A stretch of 64,000 nucleotides of DNA. Origin: Burkholderiales bacterium (GTDB lineage Bacteria; Pseudomonadota; Gammaproteobacteria; Burkholderiales; WYBJ01). The first letter of the stretch is position 1. Every line of letters starts with the position of its first letter. The notes under the pieces are model-generated. The model saw only the letters and a list, made by a program, of their open reading frames with translations. It did not search any database and was not told the DNA's origin. A program made the position numbers and the translations under genes. Location: NCBI GenBank assembly GCA_022841915.1, contig JALHQN010000010.1, forward strand, positions 101,426-165,425, written 5' to 3'. Below are positions 27,638 to 37,424 of this stretch, piece after piece.

Positions 27638-28510
27638 TCACGACGAGGACAGGTCGACCCAGGCCTCGCTGCGCCGCCAGAGTTCCTGGGCGAGCCCCTG
27701 ATTGCGAGCGGCGGTGCTAGGCGTCCTGGGGCGACAGTCACTGTAGTAGAGGCCTGTGTCCTCCGCGCTGGCCGTGCATGCGCAATGCAGGATCGTTCGC
27801 GCACCCGCCTCGGGCGAGATCATGAACCAGCGGTTGATGGCCTGCACCGGGCCGGGCAGTCTGCGCCAGAAGTCGGAGGCCACGACCCCCGGATGCAACG
27901 AATAGGTCGTGATGCCGGTGCCCATGAGCCGGCGTCCGAGTTCGGCGCTGAAGAGCACGTTGGCCAGTTTGGACACGCAGTACTCCTTGACGCCCAGGGG
28001 CGTGCGAGGGCGGCGGCGCACCGCATCCCAGTCGATGCCGCGCACGCGCGCGTGCGCCCGGCTGGCCACGGTCACGATGCGCGCGGGCGCCGAGCGCTCG
28101 ATGCGTTCAAGCAGAAGCTGGGTGAGCAGGAAATGCCCCAGATGGTTGATGCCGAATGCGGGCTCGAAGCCTGAGGGGGTCAGCTCGTTCGCGCCTGCGA
28201 GGCCGGCATTGTTGATGAGCAAGTGCAGCGGCAGATCGCGAGCCAGAAAGGCCCGGGCGCAGGCGCGCACCGAGTCGAAATCCGACAGGTCGAGCGGCAG
28301 CCACTCCGCGGCCGCGGTCGGCTGCAGGGCGCGAATCTCGTCGAGGACCGGCTGGGTTCGCGCCAAGGAGCGGCAGGCGAGAAACACCCGCAGGCCTCGA
28401 CGCGCGAGCTCGACGGCGGCCACCCGACCGATGCCGGTGTTCGATCCGGTGATCAGCGCGACTCGATCAGTGGGGCCAGCCTCTACGCCGGCTTGGGAAG
28501 ACAGGAGCAT
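27638..28510 (-). CDS. SDR-family oxidoreductase (retinol dehydrogenase-like)
   Basis: ALITGSNTGIGR Rossmann motif and YCVSK catalytic motif. Confidence 0.85.
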   Translation of the reverse strand: MLLSSQAGVEAGPTDRVALITGSNTGIGRVAAVELARRGLRVFLACRSLARTQPVLDEIRALQPTAAAEWLPLDLSDFDSVRACARAFLARDLPLHLLINNAGLAGANELTPSGFEPAFGINHLGHFLLTQLLLERIERSAPARIVTVASRAHARVRGIDWDAVRRRPRTPLGVKEYCVSKLANVLFSAELGRRLMGTGITTYSLHPGVVASDFWRRLPGPVQAINRWFMISPEAGARTILHCACTASAEDTGLYYSDCRPRTPSTAARNQGLAQELWRRSEAWVDLSSS

Positions 28511-28763
28511 CTCGATGTTGGGCTGCCGATTCTGGGTTGCGTGCTCGCCGCCGAAACTTGCCGTCGAGGGGCGTTCCGGCGCTGCGTCGAACGGGCTGTG
28601 TCGATCGACATCGTGGATCCGTCGTGCATCGACACAACCGAGGTGCGCTCATTCTACGCGAGCGAGCGCGGCGGCTCCGGGGCGCGCTAGGGACCGAGGG
28701 CGGTTGACTGTCGGCGGGCGCCCCCCGGATACTCGCGGCTTCGCTGTACCGAGGAGAGCAGCC

Positions 28764-30158
28764 GTGCCAGGATTGACCGAGACCATCGCCGACTTCATCG
28801 TCGATACGCCCATCGACGCTGCGCCCAAGGGGGCGGACGAGCGGGGGACCAAGGTGCTTGCGGACACGTTCGCAGTGATGATCGCCGGCGTCGGCAGCGA
28901 GGCTTTCGCACCGCTCAAGCGCTACATCGAGGTATCTCGCAGCACGGGCACCAGCCCGATCCTGGGGACGTCGCTGACCGCATCGCCCGAAGTCGCGGCG
29001 ATGGTCGCAGGCACCTTGGGCCACGCGCTTGACTTCGACGATGTGCTGGCCATCATGCCAGGGCATCCGAGCGTCACCATCATGGGCGCCGTGTTGCCGA
29101 CGCTCGGGGGCGAACCGATCAGCGGCAAACGTTTGCTCGATGCTCATCGGGTCGGTGTCGAGGTCGGCGCGAAGATCGGTGTGGCCATGACGATCGGCCA
29201 CTACGATCGTGGCTTCCACGCGACCGGCAGTGTCGGCATCTTCGCCGCGCTGGCCGCCTTGGCGCGCCTGCATCGGCTCGACCGCGAGACGACGCGTATC
29301 GCCTTCGGCATCGCGTCCTCGATGGCGAGCGGCTTGCGACGCAACTTCGGCACCATGACCAAACCGCTGCACAGCGGTTGGGCGTCGCACAATGCCCTGG
29401 TGGCGTTCAATCTGGCGCGCAGCGGCTTCACGGCTGCAATGGACGTGCTCGAAGCCAAGTCGGGCTTCTTCGCGGCCTACGGCACCGAGGCGTCCGATCC
29501 CCAGGTGGCGATCGAAACGCTGGGCAACCCTTGGTCGGTGATGGATCCCGGCATCGCACTGAAGAAGTGGCCCTGCTACAACGGTTCGCAGCGCGGCATG
29601 GACGGCGTCCTGCAGCTGCGTGAGAAGCTCGGCTTCACGGCCGAGACGCTGGCGCACATCGAGTGCCGCATGCCGCCCGGCGGGATGAAGGTCGTGATCT
29701 ATCCGAAACCGACGACGGGGCTGGAAGGAAAGTTCAGTCTGCAATACGCCGTGGCCGCCGGCGTGCTGGACGGAAAGTATTCGATGTGGACCTTCACCGA
29801 CGAGGCGGTCAATCGCCCGGCCATCCGCGAACTCATCGAGCACAAGGTGGTTGCGCGCGAGGACGAAGCCTGCGGCGTCGGCGATCCCACGCTGATGACC
29901 AAGGCCTCGGGATCGCGCGGGTTCGTCGAGGTTGAGGCGCGCACCGTCGATGGACGCAGCGAAACCGTGCGGGTGAGCTTCGCCCCCGGGCATCCGAAGC
30001 GCGAACTCGGCTGGAGCGAGATCGAGCAGAAGTTCATGGATTGCGCCACGCACGGCGGCATGGCCGCCGATCAGGCGGGGAAAGCCTTCGCGGCGCTTGT
30101 CCAACTCGAACGAGTCGACGATCTGGCGGCCGTTGTGCGCCTGATGACCCGGGGATAA
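28764..30158 (+). CDS. MmgE/PrpD-family protein (paralog 3)
   Basis: GTG 28764 is preceded by GAGGAG. Family segments: DTFAVMIAGVGSE, GFHATGSVG, PLHSGWASHNA. Confidence 0.85.
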   Translation: MPGLTETIADFIVDTPIDAAPKGADERGTKVLADTFAVMIAGVGSEAFAPLKRYIEVSRSTGTSPILGTSLTASPEVAAMVAGTLGHALDFDDVLAIMPGHPSVTIMGAVLPTLGGEPISGKRLLDAHRVGVEVGAKIGVAMTIGHYDRGFHATGSVGIFAALAALARLHRLDRETTRIAFGIASSMASGLRRNFGTMTKPLHSGWASHNALVAFNLARSGFTAAMDVLEAKSGFFAAYGTEASDPQVAIETLGNPWSVMDPGIALKKWPCYNGSQRGMDGVLQLREKLGFTAETLAHIECRMPPGGMKVVIYPKPTTGLEGKFSLQYAVAAGVLDGKYSMWTFTDEAVNRPAIRELIEHKVVAREDEACGVGDPTLMTKASGSRGFVEVEARTVDGRSETVRVSFAPGHPKRELGWSEIEQKFMDCATHGGMAADQAGKAFAALVQLERVDDLAAVVRLMTRG

Positions 30159-30202
30159 GAAGTCGTTCGGTTCGTCGTTCGGGCGCCGGCGTCCCGCTAG
30201 AG

Positions 30203-30637
30203 CTACCCTTGCGGGTGGGTACTCTTCAGGGCCGCGATCAGGGTTCGAAACGGTAGTTCCACGCAACTGTAGCGGCTCGGATGGCCGTGCACGGGGCTGA
30301 AGAGCGCCAACTCCTCCCAGGCGGTTGGCGGCGGGGCGTCTTGTCGCAACAGCGCAGCGACTTCGTCGGCGACCTGCTCGATGTCTTCCAACGTGGCGCC
30401 GATCGCATGTTTGCCGATAAGTGACGCCGCTGCGCGACACAGCAGGCATCCGCGCACATGATGGGCCACAGCCTGGATCTTCCGATCCGTCAGGCGGACC
30501 TGCATCTGCACGCAGTCTCCGCACAAAGGATTGTCCAGGAAGGCGGTTGCAGTGGGTGCTTCGAGTTGTCCGTGCCCGACCGCTTCCTGAGCGAGCGTCT
30601 GGATGGCCTGGTGATACATCTGGCTCGCACTGGACAT
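30203..30637 (-). CDS. NifU/IscU/SufU-type Fe-S cluster scaffold-like protein
   Basis: NPLCGDCVQMQV ... RGCLLCRAAAS: the conserved three-Cys scaffold pattern. Confidence 0.8.
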   Translation of the reverse strand: MSSASQMYHQAIQTLAQEAVGHGQLEAPTATAFLDNPLCGDCVQMQVRLTDRKIQAVAHHVRGCLLCRAAASLIGKHAIGATLEDIEQVADEVAALLRQDAPPPTAWEELALFSPVHGHPSRYSCVELPFRTLIAALKSTHPQG

Positions 30638-30692
30638 GCGGATAGCTCCGGGAGCGCCGAGGTCGGTCGCGAGCGTGGCGAGCTGGCGCCTG

Positions 30693-31391
30693 CTACGCCG
30701 GCGCGCTGCCCCGATATCTGACCTGAATCACTTGGGCCAGAATGGAAACCGCGATTTCGCGCGGCGCTCGACCCCCAAGGTCGAGCCCCACCGGCGCATG
30801 AATGCGTGCAGCCTGGTCCGCGAGGCCGGCCTCCGCGAGGCGGGCGATGCGTTTCGCATGGGTGCGTTTGCTCCCCAGGGCACCGATATAGAACGCGGGA
30901 CTGCCCAGGGCTGAGATCAGTGCCGGATCATCGAGTTTGGGATCGTGAGTCAGGGTGACGACTGCGCTGGTCGCATCGATCTTCAACTGCGCGAGCGCTT
31001 CGTCGGGCCAGCTGTGCATCAGCGTCACCCCGGGGAAACGTTCCGCGCTCGCGAACGAGCGGCGCGGATCGATGATGATGACCTCGAATCCGGCCAGCAT
31101 GGCCATGGGGGCGAGAAACTGGCTGATGTGCGCGGCGCCGATGACGATGAGTCGGGGTGGGCGCGCATAGGCGCGTACGAACAAGCCCTCGACGTTTGCC
31201 AGCATGCCGCTCTTGTCGGCGATCAGCATGCGCAACGCCGTCGCCTTTTGCGCATCGTCGAGCGACAGATCGCCCTCCCAGCCACCGCCATCGAAAACGG
31301 CCTGAACCCCATCATCCAGCCGCGTGACGACGGCCGCGGAGGCGTTGTTGGCGATGGCGCGCTGCAAACGCTCGAATAGCGTCCATTTCAT
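30693..31391 (-). CDS. XdhC/CoxI-family protein, Rossmann (C-terminal) module as a separate ORF
   Basis: RLIVIGAAHISQFLAPMA ... PAFYIGALGSKRTHAKR. ATG 31391 overlaps the upstream TGA (ATGA). Confidence 0.8.
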   Translation of the reverse strand: MKWTLFERLQRAIANNASAAVVTRLDDGVQAVFDGGGWEGDLSLDDAQKATALRMLIADKSGMLANVEGLFVRAYARPPRLIVIGAAHISQFLAPMAMLAGFEVIIIDPRRSFASAERFPGVTLMHSWPDEALAQLKIDATSAVVTLTHDPKLDDPALISALGSPAFYIGALGSKRTHAKRIARLAEAGLADQAARIHAPVGLDLGGRAPREIAVSILAQVIQVRYRGSAPA

Positions 31392-31711
31392 TGCAGCGGC
31401 TCCACGAAGACACGCACCTGGCCGCCGCAGGCGAGCCCGACTTCCCAGGCCTGTTCGTCGGAGATGCCGAACTCGAGCGTGCGCGTCTTGCCGTCTTCCA
31501 TCGCGGCGACCGCCTCGGTGACCACCGCGCCCTCGATGCATCCGCCCGAGACCGAGCCCACGAATTCGCCCCGTTCGTTGACCGCGAGGTGACTGCCTTC
31601 GGCACGGGGCGAAGAGCCCCACGTCTGTACGACTGTGGCGAGCGCGACTCGCTGCCCTTGCGCGCGCCAGCGCTCGATCTGGGGGAAGATTTCTTCCGCG
31701 TCGGTGGCCAT
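31388..31711 (-). CDS. XdhC/CoxI-family protein, N-terminal module as a separate ORF
   Basis: VALATVVQTWGSSPR ... GSVSGGCIE signature of the XdhC_CoxI N-domain. Confidence 0.8.
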   Translation of the reverse strand: MATDAEEIFPQIERWRAQGQRVALATVVQTWGSSPRAEGSHLAVNERGEFVGSVSGGCIEGAVVTEAVAAMEDGKTRTLEFGISDEQAWEVGLACGGQVRVFVEPLQ

Positions 31712-32011
31712 GGTTGCTCCCTCACCCCAACCGGGGAGTTCAGATGATTACAGTGTATCGAGACTCTCTGGCCATGATGGCACAGCAGGGTGGGGATGAA
31801 CAGTTCCGGCTCGAGGGCGCCAGCCGTTCCCGTTGCAGCTACCCGGGTCGATTCAGCGAGCTGCCTTTCAGCGCACCGCGTGAACCGCAGCCCGAGGAGG
31901 CGTCTCGCCTCGGGCGTCCATGCTTCGAGAGGGTGTCCCCCGCAAATGCCGTCCAGATCCAGGATCTTGAACCGGAGGTTCAAGGCGGCTGCGTTCCCAG
32001 CACCTTCAGGC

Positions 32012-32196
32012 AAGTCCGCGTGGGACTCGCACACCGGCACTGCCTAGGTTCGCAACCTGGGTTACCCCAAATGTTGGTTCAAGCATACGCTTGCGACCTG
32101 GTCGAACACCGCAGGGGACATTGTTCTTGATTGCCGCGTTCGGCCCCGACGAACCGGGCGGCTTTTGCTGCGAGCCTGTGCGGGCAGGCTAAAAGA
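32012..32196 (-). ncRNA. ssrS: Probable 6S RNA
   Basis: Located immediately downstream of zapA, as in many proteobacteria. The minus-strand segment gcttgaaccaacatttggggtaacccaggttgcg resembles the conserved E. coli 6S segment CCUUGAACCAAGGGUUCAAGGGUUACAGCCUGCG (from memory). The region has no credible ORF. The ends are approximate. Confidence 0.55.
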
Positions 32197-32208
32197 GCGA
32201 GAGCGCCT

Positions 32209-32523
32209 TCAGAAGAGCTTTTCCTGCTCGGCCATGGCTGCCTCGATACTGGCCTGCATTGAGACGATTCTACGCCGAAAGTCGGCGACATCGTATTCGC
32301 CGGGCACTTTCGCGTGCAGGTAGTCGTTGGCGATGGCGAGCGCGGTCATGATCGCGATGCGCTCAATGCCGATGACTTTGCTTTTGTCGCGAATCTCGAC
32401 CATCCGTCGGTCGACGTAAGCCACGGCTTCCTTCAGTTCGCGTTCTTCGTTCTCGGGACAGGCTACGCGGAATTCGCGGCCCATCACCTTGAAATCGATC
32501 TGCTTGACTCCCGCAGCCATCAA
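32209..32523 (-). CDS. zapA: Cell division protein ZapA
   Basis: 104 aa with the typical ZapA sequence (DFKVMGREFRVACPENEERELKEAVAYVDRRM ... IAIMTALAIANDY). Confidence 0.85.
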   Translation of the reverse strand: MMAAGVKQIDFKVMGREFRVACPENEERELKEAVAYVDRRMVEIRDKSKVIGIERIAIMTALAIANDYLHAKVPGEYDVADFRRRIVSMQASIEAAMAEQEKLF

Positions 32524-32753
32524 TTTTCCTCGGGCAGATGCGCCAGCAGGCCTTCGAGCCTGGCCTTGGCGGCCTCCACCTTCTCGCTGAGACGCTTGTT
32601 GTCGTTGGTCGTTCGAGCCAGTTCCTGGCGCAAGGAGCGGTTGTCGTTGCGCAACTGCTGGGTCAGCTCGACGAGCTGGGCCACCCGTTCTTCCAACGCT
32701 CTGAGTTCAGCATCCATGGGCGGACTATAGTTGGGAAAATCTCGGTCGGTCAA
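32520..32753 (-). CDS. ZapB-like coiled-coil protein (TIGR02449-like)
   Basis: 77-aa heptad-rich ORF that overlaps zapA by 4 nt. The start may be the internal ATG (MDAEL...). Confidence 0.6.
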   Translation of the reverse strand: MTDRDFPNYSPPMDAELRALEERVAQLVELTQQLRNDNRSLRQELARTTNDNKRLSEKVEAAKARLEGLLAHLPEEN

Positions 32754-32892
32754 CTGATAACATCCCGGACCGAATCGCGCACGGGTCTTTTGCCCTGATC
32801 ACGGGGCCGAGCGCGACACTTGCCGCGTGGGTGCCTCGGCATCCGAGGGTCGCCTCCCGACCGCGGAACTACATGGAGCATAATCACCGCCT

Positions 32893-34650
32893 ATGGCGAG
32901 CCGAACCTTGACGAGCGCCGACCTCTATCTGCGGCTGCTCGGGTATGTGAAGCCGTATTGGAAGGCGTTCGCCGTGTCCCTGCTCGCGATGGCCGTCGTC
33001 GCGGCCAGCGAGCCTGCCCTGCCGGCGCTGATGAAGCCGTTGCTCGACGGCACCTTCGTCGAGCGGGATGCGCGGATCATCGCGCTCATGCCCATCGTCA
33101 TCATGGTGCTCTTCGCCGTGCGTGGCGTGGCGACGTATGTCGGCACTTATGCCATCACCTGGGTGGGCAACAAGGTGATCCTGGATTTGCGCAAGGCCAT
33201 GTTCCAGCGCATGCTGACGCTGCCCTCCGCGTACTACAACGATCACCCGAGCGGGAACCTGATCTCCAAGCTCACCTTCGATGTCACCCAGGTGACGCAG
33301 GCGGCCACCACCGTGGTGACCGTGGCGGTGAAGGACATCCTGACGATCCTCGGCCTGCTCGGCTGGCTGCTGTGGCTGGACTGGCGGATGACCCTGCTGA
33401 CTCTGGCGATCGTCCCCGCTATCGTGCTCATCGTCCGGGTGTTGAGCCGGCGGCTTCGACATTGGAGCCGGGAGTCCCAGCGCGCCATGGGAGACCTCAC
33501 CCACGTCCTGCAGGAGGCCGTCGAGGGCCAGCGCGAGGTGAAGCTCTTCGGCGGCTCCGAATACGAAGGTCAGCGCTTCGCGCAGCACGCCGACTGGGTG
33601 CGCCGAGCCGCCATGAAGCAGGCGAGCGCGGCGGCGATCAACGTGCCGCTGGTGCAGATGGTCGCGGCTGCGGCGCTGGCGTTGGTCGTCTATCTGGCGA
33701 CTCGCCAGGCAAGCAGCGACATCTCCACGGTGGGCGGCTTCGTGTCGTTCATCATGGCGATGCTCATGATCACGGCGCCCCTCAAGCGGCTGACCTCCAT
33801 CAACGAGCATCTGCAGCGCGGGCTGGCGGCCGCCGAATCGGTGTTCGATATCCTGGACGAGGGCGGAGAGGAGGACACGGGACGCATCGAACTCAAGCGC
33901 GCCAGCGGGCGTCTCGTGTTCGATCACGTCGGTTTTCGCTATGCCGGTCGGGATGTCGAGGCGCTGGAAGACATCCACATGGAACTGCGCCCCGGCGAGA
34001 CCGTCGCGCTGGTCGGGCAGTCGGGCAGCGGCAAGAGCACCCTGGTGAATCTGGTGCCGCGCTTCTACCAGCCCAGTGCCGGGCGCATTCTGGTCGATGG
34101 TCACGATATCCGCGACATTCGGCTTGCCAGCCTGCGTTCGAACATCGCGCTGGTGTCGCAGCATGTCGTTTTGTTCAACGACACCGTTGCGGCGAATATC
34201 GCGTACGGCGCGATGCGCGGGGCGAGCCGCGAGCAGATCGTCGCTGCCGCCGAGGCGGCGTACGCGATGGCGTTCATCGACGAGTTGCCGCAGGGGCTCG
34301 ATACTTCCATCGGCGAGAAGGGCGTCAAGCTTTCAGGGGGGCAGCGACAAAGACTGGCGATCGCCAGGGCCTTGCTGCGCGATGCGCCGATCCTGATCCT
34401 GGACGAGGCGACCTCGGCGCTCGACTCGCAGTCCGAACGTCATGTGCAGGCGGCCTTGTCGACCCTCATGAAGGGCAGGACGACGCTCGTGATCGCGCAT
34501 CGGCTCTCGACCATCGAGCGGGCGCATCGCATCGTGGTGCTCGAACAGGGGCGTGTGGTCGAAACCGGCACGCATCGTGACCTGATGGCGCGCGGTGGGG
34601 CTTATGCGCGCCTGCACCGGATGCAGTTCGCCCAGGCCGAGGGCGCTTGA
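32893..34650 (+). CDS. msbA: Lipid A export ABC transporter permease/ATPase MsbA
   Basis: 585 aa: a 6-TM ABC exporter domain plus an NBD with GQSGSGKST (Walker A), LSGGQRQR and ILILDEATSALD. Confidence 0.9.
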   Translation: MASRTLTSADLYLRLLGYVKPYWKAFAVSLLAMAVVAASEPALPALMKPLLDGTFVERDARIIALMPIVIMVLFAVRGVATYVGTYAITWVGNKVILDLRKAMFQRMLTLPSAYYNDHPSGNLISKLTFDVTQVTQAATTVVTVAVKDILTILGLLGWLLWLDWRMTLLTLAIVPAIVLIVRVLSRRLRHWSRESQRAMGDLTHVLQEAVEGQREVKLFGGSEYEGQRFAQHADWVRRAAMKQASAAAINVPLVQMVAAAALALVVYLATRQASSDISTVGGFVSFIMAMLMITAPLKRLTSINEHLQRGLAAAESVFDILDEGGEEDTGRIELKRASGRLVFDHVGFRYAGRDVEALEDIHMELRPGETVALVGQSGSGKSTLVNLVPRFYQPSAGRILVDGHDIRDIRLASLRSNIALVSQHVVLFNDTVAANIAYGAMRGASREQIVAAAEAAYAMAFIDELPQGLDTSIGEKGVKLSGGQRQRLAIARALLRDAPILILDEATSALDSQSERHVQAALSTLMKGRTTLVIAHRLSTIERAHRIVVLEQGRVVETGTHRDLMARGGAYARLHRMQFAQAEGA

Positions 34651-34692
34651 AGCGTCATCGGCCCGTGGTGGGCACACGCAACTGCGTGCTCG

Positions 34693-35538
34693 TCATGGCT
34701 TGCGCAGGAACGCCAGCATGTCGTGGCCGCGGTCCAGTCGGCGTGCCGGAACGTTGAGCGCCTGCGCCGCCAGCTTGGCTAGCTTGTAGGTCAGGCTCGG
34801 GCGTCGGTAGCGCTCCTGGAGGTTGACGTTGGCCGTTTCGATTCGGGCCGCCTGCAAGCCGGCGCGCGCGGCTGCCAGGCGCATCGAGCCCGGATTGAAG
34901 AAGCTGATATGGCCGCCGTGCCGATCGATGCTCAAGTAATCCCAGTGCGCGCCGACGGCCTGAACCGTCCAGCTTGCTGTGTTGCCGGTGCCCACGAGCA
35001 GAATGCCGCCCGGTCGCAGCAGCCGTCTGCATTCCTGCAGCAACGGCAGCGGCGCCGCCAGGTGCTCGATGACCTCGAACAAGGTGATGGCGTCGAAGCT
35101 GGCTTCGGGAAACCGTGCTTGCTCGAGCATGCCGTTGAACACGTCGAGCCCCTGCGCGCGCGCGGCGGCAGCGGCTTGCGGCGCGGGCTCGACTCCTTGC
35201 ACGCGACAGCCGAGCTTCTTCGCGCTGAGGAGGAACGCTCCGCTGGAGCAGCCCACGTCGAGCAGCGACATTCCGCGGGCATCGCGCTGCAGGATAGCTG
35301 CGATCTTGCGCACGCGCCGATGCGCCAACTGCTCGCGTCGCGCGGCTGCTTGCTCGCTCGGTGCCGTCCCGCGCGGATCGTCGAATTCCTGCATCGAATC
35401 CTCGTAGCGACGGGCATCGGCTTGGCTGACGAGTTGTGCGCAGAAGCGGCAGCGCAGCAGTGGGCCCTCGGGCAGGATGAGGTCGGTGGCATCGAAGCCC
35501 GAGGTGCAGCCGACGGGACAGGCGGTGATCAATGGCAT
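34693..35538 (-). CDS. Class I SAM-dependent methyltransferase with N-terminal Cys4 zinc-ribbon
   Basis: CPVGC...CRFC ribbon followed by LLDVGCSSGAF SAM motif I. Confidence 0.8.
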   Translation of the reverse strand: MPLITACPVGCTSGFDATDLILPEGPLLRCRFCAQLVSQADARRYEDSMQEFDDPRGTAPSEQAAARREQLAHRRVRKIAAILQRDARGMSLLDVGCSSGAFLLSAKKLGCRVQGVEPAPQAAAAARAQGLDVFNGMLEQARFPEASFDAITLFEVIEHLAAPLPLLQECRRLLRPGGILLVGTGNTASWTVQAVGAHWDYLSIDRHGGHISFFNPGSMRLAAARAGLQAARIETANVNLQERYRRPSLTYKLAKLAAQALNVPARRLDRGHDMLAFLRKP

Positions 35539-35696
35539 GGGAAGGAGGCGGCAAGGACAGCGCCAGATATTAGCTCAGGCTGCGGCGCGGGGCGCGCAGA
35601 TCGCTCGCCGGCGGCATGGCGAGCGACCGATGCACGCAGGCTGTGAGGTAAGTACGAGTCGGTACTCGGACGCGGCGAATGCGAATCGCGTATTCC

Positions 35697-36530
35697 TCAG
35701 GCGACTCCTCGCGCAGCGTCCAGGTAGCGGTCGATGCCAAGTTCCGCCCGGTAGCGGCTCGTGCTCAGCAGCTCGTCGAGGCGCGTCTGGTTGCGATCGA
35801 GGTTGCCTCGATCATTGTCGCGATGCCAAAGATGGAACAGCGGCGCGAAGAAACGTCCGCTCTTGTGCCGCAGCCCCGCGTGGAGCAGACGGATGGCGAA
35901 ATCGGAATCCTCCAGGCCCCAGCCTTCGTAGGCTTCATCCAGACCGTTGACGCGCAGGATCTCGCTGCGCCAGAGCGCCAGATTGCAGGTCTTCACGCCG
36001 TGCCAGCGCTGCGGTTCTGCCGTCCGAAACCCGGCCTGCGCGGATCGGCGCAAGAGCGGCAACAGGCGATTGGCGTCTCGGCGCATCCAGGCGGCGGCCC
36101 ACTGTCCGGCCCGCCAGGTGTGTATGGGCAGACGCTCGGCGAGCACCCGCCGCGTGAAGGGCTCCGACAACAGGACTCGGTTGCCGGCCACGAAGCAGCC
36201 GCGCTCGGCCAGCGCCCGATGCGACGCAACGAAGCTCGGCGGCGGAACGCAGTCGCCGTCGGTGAACACGATGTAGTCGGCGTCTGTTCGCGCCACCGCG
36301 CGGTTGCGGATGGCCGCCGCGCGAAAGCCGCGATCTTCCTGCCAGACATGCGCCACGGCGAGGTTCCGTCGGCTCGCGTACTGCATGACGATCTGCTTCG
36401 TCTCCTCGGTGGAGCCGTCGTCTGCCACGAGAATTTCGAAAGCGTCGTCGGTCTGCGCAGCATAGCCCTCCAGCACTGCGCGCAAGGCATCCGGGCGGTT
36501 GTACGTGGTGACGACCACCGCGATGCGCAT
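35697..36530 (-). CDS. Family 2 glycosyltransferase
   Basis: MRIAVVVTTYNRP ... VADDGS ... FTDGDC (DxD). The start is taken at the internal ATG 36530. Confidence 0.85.
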   Translation of the reverse strand: MRIAVVVTTYNRPDALRAVLEGYAAQTDDAFEILVADDGSTEETKQIVMQYASRRNLAVAHVWQEDRGFRAAAIRNRAVARTDADYIVFTDGDCVPPPSFVASHRALAERGCFVAGNRVLLSEPFTRRVLAERLPIHTWRAGQWAAAWMRRDANRLLPLLRRSAQAGFRTAEPQRWHGVKTCNLALWRSEILRVNGLDEAYEGWGLEDSDFAIRLLHAGLRHKSGRFFAPLFHLWHRDNDRGNLDRNQTRLDELLSTSRYRAELGIDRYLDAARGVA

Positions 36531-36653
36531 GGATTCGCGATCCCTAAATGCGGCCCCAGTCCCCCCGAATGCGTTAGCGAGCATCATGACGCTTGGGTGC
36601 GAGTCGATGCAAAGACGGCACGCGTCATCGATCGCGATGCCGCCGCGAAGCGG

Positions 36654-37424
36654 TTACGGGCGTTTGCGTTCATTCAGCAGCATCAGCTTGAGGTAGCGAT
36701 AGTAGGTGCCTTCGGCGTTCGAGACGGCCAGCATGAAGCCTTCGCGGCCGTCCAGGAAACCCGCCTGCAGAAAGTAGGTGCGTACGAAGGTCCAGATGCC
36801 ATGCCCGATCGCGCTCAGCAGCGAGCCGCGGCGACCGGAGGTATGCATGCGGCTCGCGCCCGCTGCGGAATAGCGATTGAGCTTGTCCAGCACTTCGTCC
36901 AGATCGACGAAGGATTCATGCAGCAAAGGGCGCTTCAAGGTGCCGACCGGCCCGTCGACGAGCAGGCGTTCGTGCACCGGGTCGTCGCTGAAACGCGCGC
37001 TGCTGTTGCGGAACAGCCGCGTCACGTGGTCGGGCCACCAGCCGCTGTGTCGGATCGTCTTGCCGCAGTAGGACGACAGTCGGGGTATGCGGAACCCGGC
37101 GTTGCCGGCCGGCGACGCGATTGCCGCCTCGATCTCGCGCCTGAGTTCTTCGCTGACACGCTCGTCGGCGTCGAGCGACAGCACCCAGTCGCCGGTGCAG
37201 CGCGCGATCGCCCGGTTCTTCTGCGCACCGAATCCCGGCCAGTCGGCTGATTCGACACTGGCGCCCATCCGCCTGCAGATGGCGACGGTATCGTCCGTGC
37301 TGCCCGAATCGATGACGACGATCTGATTTGCCCAGGCGACCGATTGCAGGCATGCGGCGATGGCATCCTGCTCGTTGAGCGTGATGATCGCGACCGATAG
37401 TGAAGGCCGGATCGGTGCATTCAT
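36654..37424 (-). CDS. Family 2 glycosyltransferase (LPS core type)
   Basis: LSVAIITLNEQD ... VIDSGSTDDT ... SLDADE. ATG 37424 overlaps the upstream TGA (ATGA). Confidence 0.85.
   Translation of the reverse strand: MNAPIRPSLSVAIITLNEQDAIAACLQSVAWANQIVVIDSGSTDDTVAICRRMGASVESADWPGFGAQKNRAIARCTGDWVLSLDADERVSEELRREIEAAIASPAGNAGFRIPRLSSYCGKTIRHSGWWPDHVTRLFRNSSARFSDDPVHERLLVDGPVGTLKRPLLHESFVDLDEVLDKLNRYSAAGASRMHTSGRRGSLLSAIGHGIWTFVRTYFLQAGFLDGREGFMLAVSNAEGTYYRYLKLMLLNERKRP

Noticed and set aside
32820-34580. 586-aa plus-strand ORF overlapping msbA in another frame.
   Set aside because: It is a frame-shifted shadow of msbA. Its translation is low-complexity and Arg/Gly-rich, while the 32893..34650 frame carries the Walker A, ABC signature and Walker B motifs.
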